This document shows positions 39,686 through 47,239 of a DNA stretch of 64,000 nucleotides, in pieces. The notes beneath the pieces are model-generated. The model searched no databases and was not told where the DNA came from. It saw nothing but the letters and a program-made list of their open reading frames with translations. Position 1 is the stretch's first letter. Every line of letters begins with the position of its first letter. This stretch comes from an uncultured Acidimicrobiales bacterium. GTDB taxonomy: Bacteria; Actinomycetota; Acidimicrobiia; Acidimicrobiales; SZUA-35. The position numbers and the translations under genes are program-made. The DNA lies in contig CALJMD010000211.1 in assembly GCA_937981915.1 (NCBI GenBank), forward strand, positions 156-64,155, written 5' to 3'.

Positions 39686-40834
39686 CTACTGGGCGCCAGA
39701 GCAGACGGCGGCCGAGTCGATGAACGGATTGATCTGGTTGCCTCGGCTACCGGCATGGATTTCAAAGTGGAGATGGGGAATGCCGGCTGCGTTGCCGTCG
39801 TCGCCGACGTAGCCGATCACCTCCCCCGCCTTGACCTCGCCCTCCTTGCCGAAACCGGAAAGGTGGGTTCCGTAGAAGTAGTTACCGTTGTCGTCCCACA
39901 TCCGGAATGACCTTCCGCCAACCCGGTTGGAGAAGTGCTCGACGCGCCCGTTGACCGGGGCAACGATCTCGACACCAATGTTGGCCAGAATATCGACGCC
40001 CTTATGACGGCGACCGCCGGAACGCGGGTAGCCCCAGGAATCGATGAAGGAATGGGGCCCGTTCACGGGGCAGGTCAAAAGGTAGAAGCCCTGCTTGCGG
40101 CCCCGATTCTGAGTCCACGTTGACGCTTGAGCGGTGACGGAACGAGCTCGCTGCTGTAGGTTGCGCTCCTCTAGCTGGGCCAACCACGCCTGATCAGCCT
40201 GCAACTCTTCTTCCAGCGCCGCCACCCGGCTCGACAGCTCGTCGTTGCGGACGGCGAACACTTCCAGCTCGGCGGCCGCGATGTCAGCGTCTTGTTGCAT
40301 GGCGTAGAACTGGTTGAAGATCTCAGTGTTGGCCAACAGTGCGGCCTCATTCAACGTGCTAGCCCGAAAGCCGGCGTTCAGGTCCTGCACGTCGAGAATG
40401 TTGGCCTCGGTGCCTCCTCGCTGAAAGGCTTTGATGGCACTGGCCACTGTTGACTCGGCCACGTCTCGAGCCTCATTCTCAAGCTCAGCGACACCGGCGG
40501 CGGCGCGGCTTATTCTCAGATCGTCCGATTGCTTCTGCAACACGGCAACCTGCAGCGCCGCCTCTACTTCCGCCACCTTCGTTCGAGTTTGATCCAACGA
40601 CAGCGCTTGACTCGCAGCGGGGCGGACGGTGGAGGGACTCAGATCAGCTACGTCCTGGCTGCCCGCGGCGTCCTGATTCGGCAGCGCCGTTTGAAGGCCG
40701 ATCGGGCCCGAATGACTGGACGCACCAAATGCGACCGCAGCTGACGATTCAGCCGGGCCACTTCCTAACAGTCCCATCGCGGCGACGAAGGCGAAACCTG
40801 TGATGGCGACACCGATGAATAATCGACTCCGCAC
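39686..40834 (-). CDS. secreted coiled-coil M23 family metallopeptidase
   Basis: GTG start and N-terminal signal/TM. About 200 aa of heptad-like helical sequence. M23 domain with intact ligands HKGVDILA (H-x3-D) and GIPHLHFEIH (H-x-H). Confidence 0.85.
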   Translation of the reverse strand: MRSRLFIGVAITGFAFVAAMGLLGSGPAESSAAVAFGASSHSGPIGLQTALPNQDAAGSQDVADLSPSTVRPAASQALSLDQTRTKVAEVEAALQVAVLQKQSDDLRISRAAAGVAELENEARDVAESTVASAIKAFQRGGTEANILDVQDLNAGFRASTLNEAALLANTEIFNQFYAMQQDADIAAAELEVFAVRNDELSSRVAALEEELQADQAWLAQLEERNLQQRARSVTAQASTWTQNRGRKQGFYLLTCPVNGPHSFIDSWGYPRSGGRRHKGVDILANIGVEIVAPVNGRVEHFSNRVGGRSFRMWDDNGNYFYGTHLSGFGKEGEVKAGEVIGYVGDDGNAAGIPHLHFEIHAGSRGNQINPFIDSAAVCSGAQ

Positions 40835-41060
40835 GGCTAACAGCGTAGCTCCTCACCGCTGACGTTTCGCCGAATGCCGGACCTCCCAGACGATTCCGGG
40901 ATGATCGACACCCCATCAACGCGGCGTCTCTATGGCTGTCGCACCACACCATTCCAAGGGTTTTGCCCATAGACGCCCAGGCACCGTGACAGCGACACGG
41001 CAAACGAGAAAAACTTCTGATCTTGGCTCGATTCTGGGTCGAGACGGGGCGTTGCCAATT
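40835..41060 (-). promoter_or_regulatory. structured 226-nt 5' leader / intergenic region upstream of M23 peptidase
   Basis: Interrupted 10-bp hairpin at 40924..40976 (gcgtctctatgg / ccatagacgc). Hairpin at 40983..41001. Hairpin at 40841..40861 whose loop contains GGAG upstream of the GTG start. Class not assigned. Confidence 0.3.
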
Positions 41061-42137
41061 CTAACTACGCTGGCGGATCTGCTCGTCGACCGGTTCGGCT
41101 AGAGCCCGAATGAGCTGCTCTATAGAGACGACAGCGGGTTCCCGGCCATCCTCTCGGATCACCGCCAGTTGCCGCTTAAACCCGCGTAGCACTCGAAGCA
41201 CTTCGATGAGCGGTCGGCTGCCGTCCACCACCACCATTTGACGAACGAATGACGCAGGCACAGGACTGGCCATCTGGTCGCCCGGGATCGACAAGACGTC
41301 CCTAGACCGGATGTAGCCGAGTGGTCGACCGGACAAGTCAAGGACAATGATTCGCTTGTTGCGAGTCTCGCCGGCCACCCGCTTCAACTGGTGGCCGGTC
41401 GCCCCCAGCACCACGGACGCCCACTCGCTCACCGGTGCGCAGATTTCCACTACCGGCCGTTCGGCGAAACCCAGTACGCCCTGAAGAAGTTCTGCGTCCT
41501 CACGCCCGATCGCTCCCCCTTGTTGGGAGTGTCGAATGATGGAGGCCAGCTCCGATGGCGTGTGCGCCGACATCAACTCATCGCGAGGCTCAATGCCGAT
41601 CAGGCGGCACCCGGTGTTGGCAACACCGTTCAGCAAGGCAACCACCGGTCGGAACACAAACAGGTACGCCCGGTAGGGAAGGACAAGCCACCGAAGGGTG
41701 GCGTCCGGGGCGGCCAATGCAATGTTCTTGGGCACCATCTCGCCGACCACAAGATGAAGAAAGGTGAACAACGCCAGCGAGACCGTATAGCTGATGATCC
41801 GTGACATGTCGTCACTCACGGCTTCACCCACGATGGCCTCAACAATGACCTCCATCGCCGGTTCGCCAATGCGACCCAACGCCAGCGATGCAATCGTGAT
41901 ACCCAGCTGCGCACCTGCTAACTGCATCGACAGATCGCCGAGGCTGGCCCGTGCCGCCTTGGCCACCGGCCCGGCACTACCCGGACCGTCAACAAACGAG
42001 GACCGACGAGCGGCTATGACAGCGAACTCATACGCCACATAGAAGCCATTCAAGGCGATCAGCAGTGCGCTAGCCGTCAGGGCAATGACCACCGCCTGAT
42101 TGCTCATCGGTTCCCCCGACGCCAAAACGATGATCAT
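41061..42137 (-). CDS. DUF21-CBS domain membrane protein (CNNM/CorC family, short form)
   Basis: DUF21 N-terminal TM region (LIALNGFYVAYEFAVIAARRS) followed by a CBS pair. No CorC_HlyC C-terminal domain. Start ATG 42137 (ATGA overlap with the upstream paralog), or alternatively ATG 42107. Confidence 0.8.
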   Translation of the reverse strand: MIIVLASGEPMSNQAVVIALTASALLIALNGFYVAYEFAVIAARRSSFVDGPGSAGPVAKAARASLGDLSMQLAGAQLGITIASLALGRIGEPAMEVIVEAIVGEAVSDDMSRIISYTVSLALFTFLHLVVGEMVPKNIALAAPDATLRWLVLPYRAYLFVFRPVVALLNGVANTGCRLIGIEPRDELMSAHTPSELASIIRHSQQGGAIGREDAELLQGVLGFAERPVVEICAPVSEWASVVLGATGHQLKRVAGETRNKRIIVLDLSGRPLGYIRSRDVLSIPGDQMASPVPASFVRQMVVVDGSRPLIEVLRVLRGFKRQLAVIREDGREPAVVSIEQLIRALAEPVDEQIRQRS

Positions 42138-43471
42138 GGTGTGGTGGTCCGGGCCGAGTGGTCGGCGAGTAGCGGCCCGGTCGTGCTCCGAGGCTCGGTC
42201 AATTGCAGTGAAGCGACGCGCAACCGGTGCATCTCGGTGACCTCGACGGTCCACTCTTCGTGGCCGAACGACGCCCCCAGCTCAGGGATTCGCCCCAAAC
42301 GTTCCAAGACAAACCCGGCCAGCGTCTCGTAGTCCCCCTCGGGCATGACAAATCCGCAGGCGTCGGCCACCTCGTCTGGATGGAGCGTTCCCGCCAGCAG
42401 GTAGACGCCCGGGCTTACACCGGCGGTCAAGCCGGTGTCGTCGTACTCGTCGTCAACGTCGCCGACAATCTCCTCCAGCACGTCCTCAATAGTCAAGATT
42501 CCAGCGGTGCCACCGTGTTCGTCGACGACAATGGCCATCGGCGACGGTGCGTCCAGCTGACGGAAATCGGACAAGATGTCACTGAGACCCCTCGTTTCGG
42601 GCACGACGAAGGGTGGCCTCAGAATGTCGGTGATTGGATGGCGCCACAGGTCGCTGCTCAAGTCCAGAACCGATGCAACTTCGACAGTGCCACGGATGTC
42701 GTCCATGTCTTCACCGAAAACGGGGAACTGGCTGTGGGTCGACGTTCGGGCAAGGTCCGCCAACTCTTGAATGGTGGCATCGAAGCCAACAGCTTCGACT
42801 TGCGTCCGCGGCCGCAGTGCATCGGCCGCCGTCTTATCCCCGAAGCGAATCGTCCTGGTGAGGATCTGACGTTCCTCAGGCGACAGCGTGCCGGAGTCGC
42901 CAGAGGACCGAATGAGGTACTCGAGCTCCTGTAGCGACCGCAGCTCCTCCAGCTCTTCTTGAGGTTCCAGGCCCAGCCGCCGTACCGTCCAATTGGCTGC
43001 TCCGTTGAACACTCGGATGATCGGGCCCAATACGCCGTGAACCACCAGTGCGGCCGGCGCCAGCACCTGTGCCACCTGCTCCGGTCGGGAGACGGCGACG
43101 GCCTTCGGGAAGAGCTCCCCGATCACCATTTGAGCGGAGGACACCAAGCCGAGAGCCACGATCACCGACACGGTTGGGCCGGACAGAACCGGCACGTCAC
43201 CAATCACGAGATCCAACCACTCCCCTACAAGCGGCTCGATAAGGAAGGCCAAGATCAGGCTGGTCACCGTGATCCCGAGTTGAGCACCTGACAGGTGAAA
43301 CGACAGACGTTTGCGGGCGGAGACCGCCGCCCGACCTCCGAGCCGCCCGTCGGTCGCTGCGGCGTCCAGTTTGGTTTGGTCCGCTGCAACCAATGCGAAC
43401 TCAACGGCCACAAAGAAGCCATTGGCTACCAGCAGCAAGAAGATGAGGAGAATTCCGACGACGCCAGACAT
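42134..43471 (-). CDS. DUF21-CBS-CorC_HlyC hemolysin-family transporter (CNNM/CorC family)
   Basis: DUF21 region (LLVANGFFVAVEFALVAADQTKLD), CBS pair, and C-terminal transporter-associated domain (YETLAGFVLERLGRIPELG). Start ATG 43471 preferred over GTG 43522. Confidence 0.85.
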   Translation of the reverse strand: MSGVVGILLIFLLLVANGFFVAVEFALVAADQTKLDAAATDGRLGGRAAVSARKRLSFHLSGAQLGITVTSLILAFLIEPLVGEWLDLVIGDVPVLSGPTVSVIVALGLVSSAQMVIGELFPKAVAVSRPEQVAQVLAPAALVVHGVLGPIIRVFNGAANWTVRRLGLEPQEELEELRSLQELEYLIRSSGDSGTLSPEERQILTRTIRFGDKTAADALRPRTQVEAVGFDATIQELADLARTSTHSQFPVFGEDMDDIRGTVEVASVLDLSSDLWRHPITDILRPPFVVPETRGLSDILSDFRQLDAPSPMAIVVDEHGGTAGILTIEDVLEEIVGDVDDEYDDTGLTAGVSPGVYLLAGTLHPDEVADACGFVMPEGDYETLAGFVLERLGRIPELGASFGHEEWTVEVTEMHRLRVASLQLTEPRSTTGPLLADHSARTTTP

Positions 43472-43540
43472 GAAATCAGAGACCGACCCGCATACCTGTC
43501 GGGCAAACCATCCTAGTGGCACCAGTACTAGCCTTACCGA

Positions 43541-44341
43541 ATGGACACCGTTTTGGATCTGCGTGACGTGACCGTGGTGGTCGACGGTCGCAAGATTCTC
43601 GGCCCGATCTCATGGCAGGTTGAGGACACGCAACGGTGGGTCGTATTGGGGCCCAACGGTGGGGGTAAGTCGACGCTCGTCCGTGTCGCCTCGCTCAACG
43701 TTCATCCAACCGAGGGCATCGTCGAGGTCCTGGGCCACCGGTTGGGTCGAGTCGATTTGCGCCAGATGCGAAGCCGCATCGGGTGGGCGGCGAACAATCT
43801 GGTCGACCAACTGCGGCTGCAACTCACCGCGGAAGAAGTAGTCCGCTGTGGGCTTCACGGGGCACTTGAGCCGTGGTGGCATACCTATCGCCCCGAGGAC
43901 ACTGAACGAGCGCTTCTGCTACTCAAACAGGTTGGCTTAGACCATTCAGCAGGCAACGAGTTCGCCAACCGCACATTCGGCACGCTGTCGAGCGGTGAAC
44001 GCCAGCGGGTGCTTCTGGCCCGAACATTGATGGCGGAACCATCGGTTGTCATCTTGGATGAACCGAACGCCGGGCTGGATATGGCCGCTCGCGAGCGGCT
44101 GGTCGGAGCATTGGACAACCTTTCTAAGGACGGGCCGCCGTGGGTGCTGGTTACCCACCACGTCGAAGAGATACCGTCCTCAACCACTCATCTCTTGGCT
44201 ATCAAGAACGGGCAGGCTCTTGCCGGCGGACCGGTTGAATCGACACTAACCTCGTCGTTGCTGTCCGATCTTTTCGAGGTGGAATCGTCCCTAGTTCACC
44301 GAGACGGTCGGTTTACGGCGACGGCTCGTCTGACGTCGTAG
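43541..44341 (+). CDS. orphan ABC-type ATPase (no adjacent permease)
   Basis: Walker A GPNGGGKST, signature LSSGERQRV, Walker B VVILDEPNAGLD and H-loop VTHHVEE. No permease or binding-protein gene adjacent. Confidence 0.8.
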   Translation: MDTVLDLRDVTVVVDGRKILGPISWQVEDTQRWVVLGPNGGGKSTLVRVASLNVHPTEGIVEVLGHRLGRVDLRQMRSRIGWAANNLVDQLRLQLTAEEVVRCGLHGALEPWWHTYRPEDTERALLLLKQVGLDHSAGNEFANRTFGTLSSGERQRVLLARTLMAEPSVVILDEPNAGLDMAARERLVGALDNLSKDGPPWVLVTHHVEEIPSSTTHLLAIKNGQALAGGPVESTLTSSLLSDLFEVESSLVHRDGRFTATARLTS

Positions 44342-46226
44342 CACCACTGCTGTCCTGACCGTTGTTGCCGCTGCCCTGGGTGTTGCCGTCGTTCTGAGCG
44401 CTGCTGTCGGGCTTCTGAACCGCTCGCTGTAGGTCCGATGTGACCGAGCTGTTGTCGCCAGGAGTCGTGTCGGCTGTTGTCGACGTCGACCCCGGCGCGG
44501 CGTTAGTCGTCGTCGACCCTCGATCGGCGTCAGTCGTCGAGGAGGGGCCTTGCGCCGTCGTGGACGGTGAAGTGTCGTCTGACTGACCCTGCTCGGTGGT
44601 AGGCGGCTGCGACCCTGTAGTCGAAGAAGAAGAACTTGTCGTCGACTCTGACCCGTCAGCGCTGGGGGTACCCCGGGAGACAATTCTGGGCTGGTAGCGA
44701 AAGCCCGGGTGAGTGCCCGACGCCACCGCGTCGAGATCCAAGTCCGAGACAATACGCAACAGCGGATAGGGGTTCACGGCCCGCCCGCCGCCGGGATGAA
44801 TCTCCAAGTGAAGATGTGGCGGGGTGCTGATGGCATTGCCGGTGTTTCCGACATATCCGAGAAGCTCGCCGGCTTGCACCACCTGTCCGTTGTGTAGGCC
44901 GGGGGCAAAGGAGTCGAGATGGGCGTAATACCAGTCAGCGCCGCTCTCGCCTCGCAACCAGAACTTGAGACCGCCCAGGCGCCCGTTTCCTATTCGGACG
45001 ACAACTCCTCGCTCAGCCGCCACCAATGGCGTTCCCCGAGGGGCGAAAATGTCGATCCCCTCGTGGGCGTGAGCGTCAGCCGTCCCCGGCATTCTCGGGA
45101 ATCCGAAGCTGTCGATGAGTGGCGTCGAGTAGGAACCGGCAATCGGGAAGACGACACCGTCAACGTAGATTTCGCTGCCGGCCCTGAACGCTTCAGCCTC
45201 GATGAGGGCTTGGTCGACTTCAGCACTCAGTTCAGAGGTTCGCCGCTCGGCGCTACTGAGGGCAACGCGTACCACTCGCCCGTGCTCAACGAGGTCGATG
45301 GAATCGGCGTCGAGCTGGGTTTTGAGATCGATGAATGTGTCCATGGTCTGCCGGTCGACTGAAAGCGCGGCGGCGAGGAAGCGCCCCTTGCGCTGATTGT
45401 CGATCACATCGGGAATGGCCGTTAGGTCGAACCCGAAGTCGAGGCCTTGTGAATTGCCTGACGACAACTCGACGTAGCCGATAATGGCTCGATCTCGCAG
45501 TCGTTCGGCAGCCGTGTTGAAGTCGGCAACCGCCTGGCCACTGCCTTCACCAAGCGCCAGCCGTGAGTGTTCGAGCTCTTTGTGTCGCTTGCGTAGCGTT
45601 CGCACAGCAACGATCGATTCGCGTCGCTGCAAACGCAGCTCGACGAGCTTTTCTTCAGCGGCGTTGACGCTGCTCCACAGCACCGGCGCCGGTTGGAAGA
45701 GAACGTGGTCATAGGCCGGTGGTGGGACGGTGACATTGGGGTCAACAGGGTCGCTGTCGCGTGGGTGCTCGTTGATAAGTGGATCAGCCGTCGTCGACGT
45801 CGTGCTCGAACCGACTGAGTCGTCGCCTGTTCCGTCCTGGTCGTTCAAACCGGTTGTCGGCGTTACACCCTGCCCTGAGCGTGGTTGGGTGGAAGCTGTT
45901 GGCTCTCCGGTAGTCGACTCGGAGGTGGTGGTAGAACCGCCCTGGCCGGAGCTGCCTTCGGTGTTGTCGGTAGGCGTCGCCGGTCCAGTCGCTTGGGTAG
46001 TTGACGTCGAGGAGCCAGAAGACTCAGTCGACGAGGGGGCCCCGGCAGTCGTAGTGGTTGATGCATCCTCGGCGGGCGCCTGAACAGTCTCGCCATCGTT
46101 GGCTTCGCCGCTTTGAGCCGAAGCACCGGCAAGACCGAAAACAATCGTCAAGGCAAGGCCCACGACGGCGGCAACCAAGAACTGGGGTGCCAGCGGGGGG
46201 CACCGTTTGATCCACAACCGACTCAT
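44313..46226 (-). CDS. secreted coiled-coil M23 family metallopeptidase with Ser/Thr-rich N- and C-terminal linkers
   Basis: Signal/TM (LVAAVVGLALTIVFGLAGA). S/T/G-rich region, helical region, then M23 domain with HEGIDIFA (H-x3-D) and PPHLHLEIH (H-x-H). About 130-aa S/T-rich tail. Confidence 0.8.
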   Translation of the reverse strand: MSRLWIKRCPPLAPQFLVAAVVGLALTIVFGLAGASAQSGEANDGETVQAPAEDASTTTTAGAPSSTESSGSSTSTTQATGPATPTDNTEGSSGQGGSTTTSESTTGEPTASTQPRSGQGVTPTTGLNDQDGTGDDSVGSSTTSTTADPLINEHPRDSDPVDPNVTVPPPAYDHVLFQPAPVLWSSVNAAEEKLVELRLQRRESIVAVRTLRKRHKELEHSRLALGEGSGQAVADFNTAAERLRDRAIIGYVELSSGNSQGLDFGFDLTAIPDVIDNQRKGRFLAAALSVDRQTMDTFIDLKTQLDADSIDLVEHGRVVRVALSSAERRTSELSAEVDQALIEAEAFRAGSEIYVDGVVFPIAGSYSTPLIDSFGFPRMPGTADAHAHEGIDIFAPRGTPLVAAERGVVVRIGNGRLGGLKFWLRGESGADWYYAHLDSFAPGLHNGQVVQAGELLGYVGNTGNAISTPPHLHLEIHPGGGRAVNPYPLLRIVSDLDLDAVASGTHPGFRYQPRIVSRGTPSADGSESTTSSSSSTTGSQPPTTEQGQSDDTSPSTTAQGPSSTTDADRGSTTTNAAPGSTSTTADTTPGDNSSVTSDLQRAVQKPDSSAQNDGNTQGSGNNGQDSSGATTSDEPSP

Positions 46227-46273
46227 CCCAAAACCATCGGCCGCCTTGTTCAGTTTTCTAGGGCATCGACCCG

Positions 46274-47125
46274 CTAAACATGGTGTGCGTCACCTGAATG
46301 CAAATGATGGCGTTGGCCCTCTTGATCATCGACCACCAATGCGCCGTGTGCGTCGACATCGACCGCCGATCCTGACACCGCTCCCGTAGCAGTTTCAAAC
46401 CGAACCTGGCGGCCCAGGGTGAGGCATCGGTTCCGGTATGCGTGCAACGTCGCCTCGCGGTCGGCCGACTGGTGCAATCGCTGCGCCAACGACCTCAGGT
46501 AGGCGCTCAACATCTCGTCTCTTGACACCTGCGAACCGGGCGTACTGCCGGCTAGCGCCTCGTCGAGCGTCACCGCTCGTTGGGCCACCTCGTCCGGCAT
46601 CTGCTCGGAGCGTCGGAGATTCATGCCCATCCCGATCACGGCGCCAAACGCCCCAGCCTCGGTGTCAGGCCCCGTTGCCGTTGTCGCAGGAGTTGGCGTC
46701 ACCTCGACGAGAATGCCGGCCAACTTTCGCTCCGAGAACGCCGGAACCAGGACATCGTTGGGCCACTTGAGCGAAACGATTCCGCTTGGATCGTCCACGC
46801 CACAGGAGACGGCGACCTCCTCGACGGCGTCGGCAACGGCCAGTCCAACCATCAGCGGCAACAGTGGAAGCGTGGTCGTCGAGACGTCCCAATACACCGA
46901 CGACAACAATGCCGAGCCCGGGCGGTCCACCCACGTTCGGCGTTGCCGGCCTCGCCCCGACCTCTGATGATCGGTGATCAAGACAAGACCAGACGCCGCG
47001 GTCTCTTTGGCGACCGCACCCAGATCAGCATTGGTTGAACCGGTTTCCGTTGCGTGCCACACAGCGAACGACAACCCGTCATCGTTACTGAAGCCCGCTT
47101 CGCCTGCCTCGACGGTGCCCCGCAA
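46274..47125 (-). CDS. birA: biotin--[acetyl-CoA-carboxylase] ligase (group I, no HTH)
   Basis: HATETGSTNADL and the biotin-binding loop QRSGRGRQRRTW (GRGRxGRxW-type). Start uncertain. The ORF-track frame stays open to 47401, across the accA start. TTG 47125 is chosen because it gives a ~283-aa protein and leaves a 114-nt divergent intergenic region. GTG 47221 is an alternative. Confidence 0.75.
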   Translation of the reverse strand: MRGTVEAGEAGFSNDDGLSFAVWHATETGSTNADLGAVAKETAASGLVLITDHQRSGRGRQRRTWVDRPGSALLSSVYWDVSTTTLPLLPLMVGLAVADAVEEVAVSCGVDDPSGIVSLKWPNDVLVPAFSERKLAGILVEVTPTPATTATGPDTEAGAFGAVIGMGMNLRRSEQMPDEVAQRAVTLDEALAGSTPGSQVSRDEMLSAYLRSLAQRLHQSADREATLHAYRNRCLTLGRQVRFETATGAVSGSAVDVDAHGALVVDDQEGQRHHLHSGDAHHV

Positions 47126-47239
47126 CCGGTAGCCAAGATCGCCGAGTTGACGGGCCCCAGCTTGAGAAATATCGCTTCGATTTGAGATCTCTTGATCGAG
47201 AGTTCGGCGTTGACCGTTCACGATGTCTACATTAGGCAG

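Noticed and set aside
40749-41003. 84-aa minus-strand ORF spanning the M23 peptidase start and its leader.
   Set aside because: It overlaps the better-supported M23 gene in another frame and has a Cys/Arg/His-rich implausible sequence. The region is better explained as an RNA leader.
40835-41060. Confident annotation of the M23 leader as a ydaO/c-di-AMP riboswitch.
   Set aside because: Only partial resemblance to two core elements. GGGGACCCA and ACCUCGUA-type elements and the pseudo-twofold architecture could not be traced by eye. It is kept as an unassigned structured leader pending a covariance-model search.
43541-46226. FtsEX-EnvC-like peptidoglycan hydrolase activation module (ABC ATPase next to a coiled-coil M23 protein).
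   Set aside because: No FtsX-like permease is present, the ATPase is convergent rather than co-transcribed, and the M23 domain retains its catalytic ligands, unlike EnvC-type activators.
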